64,000 nt of DNA, taken from positions 69,316,001 through 69,380,000 of the forward strand of contig OX597833.1 of the NCBI GenBank assembly GCA_951406725.2. The letters run 5' to 3'. Source of the DNA: Octopus vulgaris (Eukaryota). A program made the position numbers and the translations under genes. The notes beneath the pieces were generated by a model. It was not told the origin of the DNA, searched no databases, and worked only from the letters and a program-made list of their open reading frames with translations. Below are positions 14,036 to 26,821 of this stretch, piece after piece. Position 1 is the first letter of the stretch, and each line of letters starts with the position of its first letter.

Positions 14036-14087
14036 TGAACAAGCTCTGTCTCATGTATTGTCTTAGCATGTAGTTGTTTGTGAGTAC

Positions 14088-14132
14088 ATGCAACTGACGA
14101 AGCCCAACAAGGAGGAAAAGCGTATCCAGCAT
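14088..14132 (+). ncRNA. Degenerate hammerhead-like motif
   Basis: atgcaa-CTGACGA-agcccaacaaggag-GAAA-agcgta-TC-cagcat. Core words present but stems II and III are broken. Confidence 0.3.
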
Positions 14133-14564
14133 TCTTATTACAGATGTTGTGAGATATATCGTCTGCTACTAATCAATTTTTGTTTTTGAACACTGTTCGT
14201 CCGCAAGATGTATTATCGCCTGAGGAATACCAGAATAACTTTTTTCTAACGATGGATTTACGCTTTATATGATACCGCAACGAGTGTTTAAATATATAAC
14301 TCTTTTTATTGCATATGGCAGATGATTTTGTATATGTATACATATATGTGTGTGTGTATGTGTGTGTGTGTGTATGTTGCTCTTATGTGTATGAATTGCT
14401 CTCTAAGTGTGTCGTCCGTGTGAAAGTGTACATTCGATGCATACGTGTCTATCGGTGAGTATATGTGTGTTTGGGGGGGGGGCGTGTTGTAAAATATATA
14501 AAACTTATGATTAAAAGCAACAGAAGCAGTATTCAACCGAAACGAGTATGAGAATATCCAGATG

Positions 14565-14698
14565 AACGTGGAAGTTGTGTCAGAGCACAGAATACTGTGT
14601 TATTTATCTTGAGAGAATTTCGCATAAAGACTCGTGCTGAGGAGACCCTCTCACGATAAATTACGCAATATTCTGTGTTCTAACACAATCTGCACGTT
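14565..14698. repeat. 51-bp imperfect inverted repeat (MITE-like hairpin)
   Basis: 14565-14615 vs reverse complement of 14648-14698, about 42/51 identical by hand alignment. Confidence 0.8.
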
Positions 14699-14999
14699 AG
14701 GTTCGTGATTAATATATAACTTAGACCTTTTATTACAGAAAGTTTATATTTTCTGAGGTGCAAGAACCCCCATTACGCTCGTGTTTTGATGAATGACTTA
14801 GGTAAAATATATCCCTATCACATAAAACCGAAAGTATTTAGATGTTCTCAGTAAAAAAGAACCAAAACCTTACTTCTAAGTAGACGTTTGTTTTGGAGGT
14901 GATAGCTTGACCGGCTGCAGATCTTTAATTTCACCTGTCAATACTCAGGAATCTTTATTTCACATATAACCGTCTCGATTAATGAAACTCTAAATTAAA

Positions 15000-15270
15000 G
15001 GGCGGCGAGCTGGTAGAATCGCTAGCACGCCGGGCGAAATGCTTAGCGGTATTTCGTCTGCCGTTACATTCTGAGTTCAAATTCCGCCGAGGTTGACTTT
15101 GCCTTTCATCCTTTCGGGGTCGATTAAATAAAGTACCAGTTACATACTGGAGTCGATGTGATCGATTTAATCCGTTTGTCTGTCCTTGTTTGTCCCCTCT
15201 GTGTTTAGCCCCTTGTGGGTAATACAGAAATAGAAATAGGTATTTCGTCTACCGCTACGTTCCGAGTTCT
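15000..15270 (+). mobile_element. tRNA-derived SINE group F2 (Meta-domain-like)
   Basis: ggcggcgagctgg head, B box gagttcaaattcc, body gactttgcctttcatcctttcggggtcgattaaataaagtaccag resembling the MetaSINE domain; restarts a second unit at ~15240. Confidence 0.9.
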
Positions 15271-16035
15271 CTGTTTAAAAGAAACAGACTGGCAAGTCTT
15301 TTAAGATAACTTAGGCATTCCATTCCTCGTCTGACTAAGCTATTAAACAACTAAATAAAAATCTCTTGTGATAGGATTCCATAAATTCCATTGAAGGAAA
15401 TTGGTGAAGGTCGGAGTTGGAATGTATCAGTTTTATAGAAAATGCCATGCGTCGAAGTAACTTCTTGCGTAAATTCGATTTGTCTCATTAAGTCCATCTC
15501 TTCGTTAAGATACTGAATAAATTTAATTGAATCAAATTCCTAATCTATATGTTGGTCTTTTGCCAAAAATTCAAATATACCGATATTAATTATCATCATA
15601 ACGATTGCCAAAAAAGCGACAAAGTACATTTCTGTGTCGCCCTTGTCTAACTGTAAATATTCCTGAAAGATCAATAAATTATATTGCATGGCATTTTGAG
15701 TCAATCGACCGTATCTTCAGCCTAATTAAGACTGGATGTATATCTAATCAAAATACATTGATATTCATTACCATATTTGTAACTTTCATTCAGACTGTAT
15801 CATCATTTTAACTATCAATAATTAAATGGAATGTATTCGTCCAAGAGAAAAGAATTGGTATGCATTTCATTTAAGCACTGCGTAGTTCAATTCTAGCCAT
15901 TTGGAACATAATTTGATGTCATTCTCCTGCCAAATTCTTTAGACATTTAACGGTATTGGCCAGTGGCTCTTTTAACCCATAGCTCAACAATGATACGGCA
16001 AAAATATGATCAAAGATTCCCTCACCGTGAGCATT

Positions 16036-16441
16036 ACTCTTTTACTCTTTTACTTGTTTCAGTCATTTGACTGCGGCCATGCTGGAGCACCGCCTTTAAT
16101 CGAGCAACTCGACCCCGGGACTTATTCTTTTGTAGCCCAGTTCTTATTCTCTCGGCCTCTTTTGCCGAACCGCTAAGTTACAGGGACATAAACACACCAG
16201 CATCGGTTGTCAAGCAATGCTAGGGGGACAATCACAGACAGACAAAAACACACACACGCATATATATATACATATATACGACGGGTTTCTTTCAGTTTCC
16301 GTCTACCAAATCCACTCATAAAGCTTTGGTCGGCCCGAGGCTATAGTAGAAGACACTTGCCCAAGGTGCCACGCAGTGGAACTGAACCCGGAACCATGTG
16401 GTTGGTAAACAAGCTACTTACCACACAGCCACTCCTGCGCC
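16036..16441 (-). mobile_element. F1 SINE
   Basis: Reverse complement of F1. Confidence 0.9.
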
Positions 16442-16633
16442 ATTGTGTAGTAATTTTTCGGAACAAATAATTTCTGGTCTGGAGTATCTTGTCTATATGT
16501 CATCTTTCTTAAACATGGAGCGTTATGATTTAAAAGAGAGTTTACTATTAAATAGCTCACATGTAGAACGATGATGTTGGAACACCTTTGTTTGTTTTGT
16601 AAATGTTTTGTTTCCTCCCATATGAGACTTGAC

Positions 16634-17022
16634 CGTGGAGGCGCAATGGCCCAGTGGTTAGGGCAGTGGACTCGCGGTCATAGGATCGCGGTTTCGATTC
16701 CCAGACCGGGCGTTGTGAGTGTTTATTGAGCGAAAACACCTAAAGCTCCACGAGGCTCCGGTAGGGGATGGTGGTGATCCCTGCTGTACTCTTTCACCAC
16801 AACTTTCTCTCACGCTTACTTCCTGTTTCTGTTGTACCTGTATTTCAAGAGGCCGGCCTTATCACTCTCTGTGTCACGCTGAATATCCCCGAGAACTAAG
16901 TTAAGGGTACACGTGTCTGTGGAGTGCTCAGCCACTTACACGTTAATTTCACGAGCAGGCTGTTCCGTTGATTCGGATCAACCGGAACCCTCATCGGCGT
17001 AACCGACGGAGTGCTTCCAAAA
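16634..17022 (+). mobile_element. tRNA-derived SINE group F3b
   Basis: Head shared with 8829 and 3' body shared with 58274. Perfect 12-bp TSD atgagacttgac at 16622 and 17023. Confidence 0.9.
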
Positions 17023-17187
17023 ATGAGACTTGACTGAGTCAACCTATAATAAAACACATCCCATCTGTTTACTGTGTTTTTTCTAATACTTCATTATATG
17101 ATTTCTATTTTCATGTTTAAAATGGTGAGGTAAGTTTTGAAAGACATTCGGTTATGCTGTCAAGGAAATAAATAGACTACAAATGGT

Positions 17188-17592
17188 GACGCAGGAGTGG
17201 CTGTGTGGTAAGTAGCTTGCTAACCAACCACATGGTTCCGGGTTCAGTCCCACTGCGTGGCACCTTGGGCAACTGTCTTCTACTATAGCCTCGGGCCGAC
17301 CAAAGCTTTATGAGTGGATTTGGTAGACGGAAACTGAAAGAAGCCCGTCACATATATGTATATATATATATATATGCGTGTGTGTGTTTGTGTGTCTGTG
17401 TTTGTCCCCTAGCATTGCTTGATAACCGATGCTGGTGTGTTTATGTCCCTGTTACTTAGCGATTCGGCAAAAGAGACCGATAGAATAAGTACTGGGCTTA
17501 CAAAAGAATAAGTCCCGGGGTCGATTTGCTCGATTAAAGGCGGTACTCCAGCATGGCCGCAGTCAAATGACTGAAACAAGTAAAAAAATAAA
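17188..17592 (+). mobile_element. F1 SINE
   Basis: Matches 7096-7510. Confidence 0.9.
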
Positions 17593-19719
17593 GAGAGAGA
17601 GAGTATCGCAAACGTATAAAAGATAATATAATAATAGTAATAGGATGATTGATACAAGGATACAAGTGCAGAATCTCAATACTGATTGAGGTCAGAAAAT
17701 GTGGATGTATATTTTCTCATAGTATAGCATTTAAGTTTAGTTTAATTATTCTACGTAACTGATTAGTAGACTTAATCTGACAAACGATTTTAATAAGAAC
17801 ACCTGGCCCCGGTGTTCTGTTAGGTACGAGCACTTTTATAGTCATTTGAACCGTAACTCCAGTGTGAAGTCAATTCCCCCCCCCCACCTTGCAGTAACAG
17901 CCGTCTTCACACGTATCGTTGGCGCTAATCTCTTTTCTCTAAGTAATTAAAAACAAATATTAAAAAAAAAACCATTGTTAGTATAAATCAAAAAGTTATG
18001 TTCGTTAGATCCAGTTTAAGTTGATAATATCGAAGATCGGGAATCGAACGGAGATACTTCGAAAATTAGGTTTTCTAAACGACAAAACTAATTTTCAATT
18101 AACTTTATGGCTTCTACATCAAGGAAATTCCGGCGTTAATCAATGTTATAATCAACCTTCAGACGAGGGAAAGCTTTTCCATTAAATCATATGAAAAAGA
18201 AGTAACGTGTTGCCTTTGTTTACGCCTATTTACAAGGAGAATATTTTCCTACGTGGATATTTCTTTGGAAATCAGAATGAGCTTCCTTTCTGTTTTTCTT
18301 ATCATTTTATTAAGTATATGGGATTTACAAAGAGCTCACTGATTCATAAGTGAATGTATCTACGATGACATGTAGAGGTTTTGAAGGCCAGTCCTTCTGC
18401 AAAACTGACAACATACTGGCAGTCAGGGAACCCAGTAGGCGAAAGGCCTTCGAGTGGGCAACAGTGGAGGCAACAGAATTCTACTTCGAGGTGCGAACCC
18501 TGGAAGAGCAAGTGATCCCAGGGGTAGTACACATTGGAGACAAACTGGGGCTTTATTTACACTGGTTACTTTACTTGGGTGATGGGGTCAGATTGTTGAA
18601 GGACTTGAAACGGATAATGACCTCAGGTAAAATTTACGATGACGTGTGCAGGTGAATTACAGGATGATGTACGGAAATATTATGCATTCATGAATTCATA
18701 GAGACAGGTAAATGACTTTTAATACATTTATTAATTATATGGATTTTTATACTGAATCTTGCATTTCATTAACTATTTTGAACCAAATTAAATTATTTGT
18801 GAGACATTTAATGGCAAAGATCTGTAATTATATTCATTATCGAAATAAATTCAATGTGAACAATTTCATAATTTACATAACACTGCAAAGATGTGTATTT
18901 ATTATGATAAACTATTTCCTTGCAGCTATACTTCTAATATATTATCTATTTTACGCAGACTCTTTTGGCTCCCGTAATAAATATTGCAGCGCATCATACG
19001 CAAAAGAGACGCACCGTAATTTTGTATCTAACTGAATTCAAAGTAAACCTCGAAGGAGTAATATATTTAGATGACATTATTCTACTGCAAATCTGACACC
19101 ATGCAACCAGTTAATATCTACTGGGAGGAATTATCGATTTTTTTACCGAAATATCTCATATTTTATGAAAGCACGTAAGTGAAAAATTCATGTTAAATTT
19201 AATTCTAAACAGAATCCAAAACAATACGATTTCCCGATACACTTCGAATAATGTTCCACTCATATTTGCAGATGATTACATGTACTTAATAATTTACAAG
19301 CCTTAAGAGACCCAGATTAAAATCGAGAGAAAAGATGAAGCTACGTTGAGAAAATAACAATCTGTATAAAAATGTTAATAAAAGCAAAGTCTTTAAAATT
19401 GTTGTTCTAATGTAAACTCCAAAGTCAATTACGAGAAATAAGTCGATAGATAATCGCTTCGAAACTATTGATTCATCAGAATAATTAGTTTACATTTCAT
19501 ATTTTTCTTGTCTATTTCATTTGCTTCGTCTATTTATTTATTATTGAACATTTTGTTGAAAAAGATGGCGGACACGTCCCACGGTTATAGGATGTAAATT
19601 ATTGTTATAGGGTACATCGGTGCACTGGTGTAGTGCACAAGCAAGCTTGTGATACATTCTACCAGTACGAAAAATCCACAGTAGTTGCACTATGTCCTGT
19701 ACTGAAGTACTGCAATAAC

Positions 19720-20362
19720 CCTTTCTACTATATTCACAAGGCCTGAAACTTATGGAGAGGGGACGAGTCGATTACATCGACCCCAGTACTCAACTGGTAT
19801 TAATACTTAATTTATGGAGCCCGTAAGGACGAACGGTGAAGTCGACCTCGACGAGATTTGAACTTAGAACGTAAAGAAAGACTTGATAACGCTAAGTAGT
19901 TTACCCGGCGTGCTGACGTTGCTTATTTCTTTATTGCCCACAACGCCGGGTAAACTGCTTAGCGTTATCACGTCCTTCTTTACGTTCTAGGTTCAAATCC
20001 CGCCGAGGTCCACTTCACATTTCGTCCTTATGGGCTCCATAAATTAAGGTATCGGTATGACAACTTTCGATAAAATAAGGACAAGGTGAGAATTGAGATC
20101 GATGTAATCGACTTACCTGTCCACCGAAATTGCTGGCCTTGTGCCAAAATTTGAAGCCAGTATTAATGAAATATAAGACAGCGAGCTGGCAGGATCGTTA
20201 ACATACCGGACAAAATATTTAGCTGCATTGTCACGCCGAGTTCGATTTAGCCTTTTAATCATTTCGGTGTCAATAAAATAAGCACCAGCCGAACACCGGA
20301 GTCGATATAATCGACTTTCCTCTTCCATTAATATTACTGGCCTTGTGACAAAATTTGGAACC
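19720..20362. mobile_element. Cluster of decayed F2 SINEs including a local inverted duplication
   Basis: F2 motifs on - (19720-19920) and + (20065-20362). 19806-19911 is mirrored at 19943-20048. Confidence 0.8.
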
Positions 20363-20896
20363 AAAACTGATGGAAATATTCTTCAATAGTTAATAGTCTT
20401 TATCCCTAACAAAACTTGCCTTGGTGTCGTAGACGAAGACCAACAAATGTGAAATATTGTGATGAAATACAAATCCCTTTAATGCTAGTAAGGATGTATG
20501 AGTTAACTTTATCAGTATAGTCCGAAACCCTGCCGAAAATTATATCTTTATGTTGTGTATTTAACTGAAATCAATTTATCGGAACTGTAACACATTAAGC
20601 CTCTGACAACACTCGTCAGTTTTTAAATATGAACGACGTGTGCATTTTCACCGGTTATGGATTTAGTAATTTTCCGGTGCAGGAAAGATAAACCACTACT
20701 TTTCGCTATATGTTATCAATATCGTTCACAGAACAATTAACGTAGTGAATTATTTATAAACTGTAGGAATGAAACTGAAATATTGTCTTCATAATGTATT
20801 GTTAATGTAGCGCACCATGTTGGAGCACATTGATCAATATACATTAAAGGAGAGAGATGATAACAAAATACATACTGCACAAAAGCGTAAGGTCAC

Positions 20897-21380
20897 TTTT
20901 TTTTTTCTAGTTTCAGCTCAGAGCTGCGGCCATGCTGATGCACCGCCGTTTTGTGCTACACTGTTATTACGACGAACCTCGTCTAATATGTGGCACTTGG
21001 TGAAGAATGGAGTTTGATACAGCTACTCTCATTTGCATCTCTTGCCGTGAGGTAGGTTCATCTGGGACTCTTGACAGGAAGATGTCCAACTTTGATTTAA
21101 AAACCGCTACATCTACTTTGTGCAAGTTCCTCAGACTCTTTGGGAGAATATTAAAAAGCTGTGTGCCCTTGAAACTCAGGCTGTTGCAGGAGCTGGTCCT
21201 GAAGCGTGATGGCATTGCTGGGATCTTTGGCACTATGCAGTGTCGTCCCGTTCTAGCATTAGTGTAGCTTACAATGCCAAAATTTGGCACAATTCCTTCC
21301 AGGATCTTCCAGACATATTACTGCATACCTCTCCCGTCTTCTCTCCAGGGAGTAGAGTCTTAGCTGTTTCAACCTGTTTC
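20897..21380 (-). mobile_element. 5'-truncated CR1-clade LINE 3' end (ORF2 C-terminus, 3' UTR, A tail)
   Basis: Translation RLKQLRLYSLERRRERYAVI/VWKILEGIVPNFG..QLFNILPKSLRN..FKSKLDIFLSRVPDEP, typical of the post-RT region of CR1-group ORF2. One frameshift; ends in A10. Confidence 0.85.
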
Positions 21381-21623
21381 AACGTTGTATAATATATGAA
21401 AGAACAGGACGAATATTACTAGTTTCATATTGAAATATTATTCCTCTTTCCATAAAACAGATATTGCGAATTTAAGAGGCATGAAATATAAGTGAAAAAA
21501 AAGTATATCGCAAAATGACGATAGGGACCATGACAAAACTTTCATGAAGGGCCAGTGGATTCATTGATGCTTTAACAGCAAGATTGAGGCCACGACTCGT
21601 TTCTTTTTCTCCATTTCCTTTTT

Positions 21624-21861
21624 TTACTTGGCAGCCTTCTGTGTCTTCTGGAATAGAAGGACGGACTGGATGTTGGGCAAGACGCCTCACTGTGCAATGG
21701 TAACTCCAGACCCAATGTATTCAATTCCTGGTCTTTGCGGATAACCAACTGCGAGTGGCGGGGTTTATTCGAGAGTTTTTGTTGTCTCTGGCAGCATTAC
21801 CTTCCAATTCCAACACTTTTGAAGTCGTGTACTCCATCACGGCAGCCAAGTGGACTGGGGT
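21624..21861 (-). pseudogene. H2A: Histone H2A pseudogene (5'-truncated, frameshifts, internal stop)
   Basis: Manual translation [76 protein letters not shown], collinear with canonical H2A from about residue 48 to the end. Confidence 0.93.
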
Positions 21862-22219
21862 CTGCCACGTCCTGACATATTTCTGTTTAGCTAAGGCGAA
21901 ATAATTGACAAATGTTTCGTCTTTGAATGCAATGCCTGTGATTAATTAAAGAAAGATAATGGCGTCAATTTCAGTGTTGCGAACATGTATTTACAGCTAC
22001 TGTTATAATTAACTTCAATAAGTACTTAGAATGGAATTTTAAGCCGATAAATAATCCGGATGTTGTTCAGCCTGTAGGAACAAATGTTTCGGGAACGTGG
22101 GCGATACCCCAATCTATTACGTTCCAAAGGCTTAATGAGTTTATCGAACGCAAAACTTCATTGAAAAGATAATTAGTAATAGTGCAACGAAACATGTATC
22201 AATTATAAAGATGTCTAAC

Positions 22220-22812
22220 GCGGCGAGCTGACAGAAACGTTAGCACGCCGGGCGAAATGCGTAGCCGTATTTCGTCTGGCGTTTTGTTGAGTTCAAAATC
22301 CGCCGAGGTTGACTTTGCCTTTTATCCTTTCGGGGTCGATTAAATAAGTACCAGTTACGCACTGGGGTCGATTTAATCGAGTTAATCCGTTTGTGTGTCC
22401 TTGTTTGTCCCCTCTGTGTTTAGCCCCTTGTGGGTAGTAAAGAAATAGGAATTTCGTCTGCCGTTACGTTCTGAGTTCAAATTCCGCCGAGGTCGACTTT
22501 GCCTTTCATTTTTTCGGTGTCGATTAAATAAGTACCAGGTATGCACTGGGGTCGATATAATCGGCTTAATCCGTTTGTCTGTCCTTGTTTGTCCTCTCTG
22601 TGTTTAGCCCCTTGTCGGTAGTAAAGAAATAGGTATTTCGTCGCCGTTACGTTCTGAGTTCAAATTCCGCCGAGGTCGACTTTGCCTTTCATCCTTTCGG
22701 GGTCGATTAAATAAGTACCAGTTACGCATTGGGGTAGATGTAATCGACTTAATCCGTTTGTCTGTCCTTGTTTGTCTCCTCTATGCTTAGCCCCTTGTGG
22801 GCAATAAATAGA
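22220..22812 (+). mobile_element. F2 SINE with one head and three tandem ~183-bp bodies
   Basis: Body restarts at ~22267, 22449 and 22633. Confidence 0.92.
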
Positions 22813-23313
22813 TACGAATTGTTCGCAGGTGGAGCAAAATGCTAATGATTATTTCGTTCATCTTTACATTCTAAGTTGAAATTCTGCCGAGGTTGACTCT
22901 GTCTTTTACAAAATGGGCACCTGTTAAGCAGTAAGGTTCATGTAATCGACTTAGGCGACTCCCGAAAATTGCTGGTCTCGCGCCAAAATCTGAGAGCAGT
23001 AATATATATCTCCAGCTCCCTGATTCAAAGTTTACTTCATTACACAAACAAAAGCACACACAGTTATTTACATTTCAATACAGGTATGTAGATATTAAAC
23101 AAGAGGGAAGAGACGGAGTCGGTATCCTTTGATTGATTTCCCGGAACGCTTAAGACTTGATTAATTGAAAATATCAAAAGATATGTTAGATTAACAAAAT
23201 TGATATTCCTAGAATATAAATGTGTACATATGCGTGTGTATACATATTTGCGTGCAGGCGCATGTGCAGATACATACATACATACACACACACATGCGCA
23301 CACTCACACAGAT

Positions 23314-23367
<54 letters not shown>

Positions 23368-23403
23368 CTTTATTTATTTATTTATATATTTATTTACATA
23401 TAC

Positions 23404-23439
<36 letters not shown>

Positions 23440-23986
23440 TGGAGAGAGAGAGAGAGACGCACACACATACACCCACACACACATATCTCTGTGGAACGGG
23501 TATTGTTTGCCTATTATTTTTCTGGTATTTGTAACAGTGTCATGGTGACGATGACGCTGAAAATGCTGTTTCGGTTGAAGAAAATGAAAAACAAACATAT
23601 TTCGGCCAAAATTGTTAAAACATGCTGCAGAGAAACAATTTGCGTTGGCAGCTGCGAGTTTACCATTGTAGGTTTTATCATAGGAAGAAATCAACAGAAT
23701 AATTTACACTGAATGATTATTATGGCTTGCAATTATAGCGCTGCTACCATATTAGGTTTGTTTATTCTTTACGTACCAGCTTTTGAATGATAATACTAAT
23801 AACAGTACTAGCGCCGATACAACAAATCTAAACTGATGTAGACACAAAGGAACCGATAGTAGGCTGAGGTAGTGTGAGAGAAGCGATTTGAAAAACTATG
23901 AAAGCAAGCTAAAACGAAAATAACAAGGTAGCGCTCTCCTGTAGCGACGCGACAAAAATATGTGTACAATAATATATATATGTATG

Positions 23987-24072
<86 letters not shown>

Positions 24073-24906
24073 GTATATATATATACTTATATGTGCGTAT
24101 CTGTGTATCTGTGTACGTGTGTGTGGGCGTGGGTGTGAGGTGTATATATTTGTAAGATACAAGGATCTAAGCGGAGATAAGTTTTGTAAATCCGAGGAGT
24201 TTGTGATAGGCATAAAAAAATAACAATGTACTGGAACAATAATAATTTCTTATCGCCCAAGGTCGTGGGCTTTTCCCAAATTGAAGTTCGATTAGCTGGA
24301 ATTTTTTTTTTCAATAATTAGTGTTGCTATGAATGTGAACAAAAATCAAAGTTCATGGTAAAATCCAGGCTACATACGTTTCCTGGCTTGTAGATACTTT
24401 GATGTAATAATGTAATAATTATTCAACGAGGGGTACTCTGCTAGTTACGCACTTCAGGCCGAAGATATCTTCATTATATAAAGGTAACATTGTCGTTTGG
24501 GAATCCTAAGTTAATATGTAATTTGAAATTAGTGGTAAAGACAAAAGAAGAGAATAAAAATTGAATAGAAAAATATTAAAAAATTAAGAAAACTTTGAAG
24601 AAATAAAATGGTCAGTAAGTAAGAAACACGAAGAAAGAGGTCAAATAAGCACTCCAAGATTAAATATCATCTTAATTTGTATTAGTGTGTATTTGCCCTT
24701 GTAGGATAGTTTATGGATCACACAAACAAACAAATACACACACACAAACTCTCTACAAAATCTACACAAAATACATTACTGGATCTGAGTCTATTGTAGA
24801 TAAAATTTACCGATGTTGATAGGCGGAGGGACTGAACTGAGGCCATATAATAGTAGTTATTCATAGACTCTAACTCATGACTGATACACACACACGCATA
24901 CACACA

Positions 24907-24947
<41 letters not shown>

Positions 24948-24953
<6 letters not shown>

Positions 24954-25470
24954 GAAATATTAAAATTACTAAGTCTCTCTAAAGGAGATTACGGCAGCGT
25001 TACTGGATATTAATGGTTATCGCCATACTAATATGGTAGTCCATAAATATAAAACTAAAGCGTGTGTGTGTATGTATTTAAGCATACATACACAACTATG
25101 TTATGTATATATATATATGTGTGTATATATATATATATATAATATTAGGGAGTAAATTCAAACTTACAGGGAAAATTTTCATCTCTAATTTAATATATAT
25201 ATATATATATATATATTTCGTTTTTTGATTTGGTTTGCAAGATTCTTTATGTGAGTTCGTGTGTTGAAGCTTATTGTGTTGTGTCTGGGGAGAGTAATTT
25301 TCTTTTCGTGCCTTATAATGTAACACGCCCACTGGTAAAACTTCCACTGCTTTCTTTTTTTATTTTAATAAAATTTTCGTTGCGTTTTGCAACATTTTCA
25401 ATAGTCAAAACTACTGAAAAGTTTGCAAGAAGCAACGAAAAGTTTTTTGACAGTGACCTCTGAAGAAGGA
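24948..25470. mobile_element. Patchwork of pLTR-like fragments between (TA)n tracts
   Basis: 25141-25195 (aatattagggagtaaattcaaacttacagggaaaa..tctctaatttaata) matches both termini of the 35307-35673 element. An isolated CTGAAGA-agg at 25460 may be a truncated HHR 5' half. Confidence 0.55.
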
Positions 25471-25515
25471 TTTTCTTGATTGATAGTTTCAACATTTGGG
25501 TAAACATTGTGGTCT

Positions 25516-25813
25516 ATACATACATGCTTACATACATACATACATACAAACATACATACATACATACATACATACATACATACATACATACATACATACA
25601 TACATGCATGCATGCATGCATGCATACATACATACATACATACATACATACATACATACATACATGCTTACATACATACATACACACATACATACATACA
25701 TACATACATACATACATACATACATACATACATACACACATACATACATACACACACACACATAGATACATACATACACACGCACATACATACATACATA
25801 CATACATACATGC

Positions 25814-25856
<43 letters not shown>

Positions 25857-25868
25857 CATACATACATA
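25516..25868. repeat. (TACA)n microsatellite
   Basis: Directly visible. Confidence 0.95.
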
Positions 25869-26821
25869 TGTGCATAAATAAGAACACGTGCACGATGACG
25901 CGCGCACATGCGCACAAACAGAGAAAAAAATAACGCCGCCCCAATGGCGGACAGTGTCAACATCCATTGACAAGATTACAAAAGGCAACGGAAACTTTTG
26001 AAGAAAAACAGATAAATAATGAATGAGGGGAAATCAAAGCGGTGAGTGTGTTAGAAAATAAGGCATTAATACTGTATGATTTTCTCCAGATACGACATAA
26101 TTATGGTTGATGCCTTGACACCAGAGCAGCTCCGAACAGTTTCGCGTTATGTAGAACGACATATCTGTAATTATATTAACAAATAAAAGAAAATAATGTA
26201 ACCATAGGTAAAACAACAGTGAGAGCGGAATTGTTTATATTGTCTGAAAGGTCGAGAAAAGCGATGGAAGTGTTGTAAATAATTCAGGAGAATATTGTAC
26301 TGACTGAATTCGATGCCTCTGTCATTGATGGATTGAGATTATACATTGAAGTAGATTATCTACAGGATGTCATTTTGTAGAACTGAAGACTGTGATTCCA
26401 ATGAATCCCATCCTAAGACCTAAACAGTTCTGTCCTCCTTTAGTGTTTAACACTCTCAGAATAGATTTACAGATCGGCAGCTGAAAATATATTTCGAAAA
26501 AGAAGTGGAGCAACGCTGTGTGCATACGAAGGCATTATAGAAAATGATCAATCACAAAGTTTAGTCTATTGATATCTGGTTGTAAGATGCATGTCATGAG
26601 AACCTACAATGATGTTTGTGGGAATATGATCGATACTAATTCTAAACTCAATTTTGAATACTAACCGAAAATTGCTGCTGGGCGTCCTGTAGCGAAATGT
26701 GCTCCATTCAGATATTTGAAGAATAATCTTATAATAGTACAATATCTAAAACCTCTAAATAGAACTTATTTCTTACAGATGGAGAAAAGAAAAAAGTATA
26801 AAATGCTGAGTATTAATAAGT

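Noticed and set aside
12611-14073. ORFs of 443-475 aa rich in His and Thr
   Set aside because: Translation of a CA-rich minisatellite open in all three frames; only the first ~35 aa are mariner-derived.
18350-18655. GC-richer 101-aa ORF
   Set aside because: No recognisable motif; probably an old repeat fragment.
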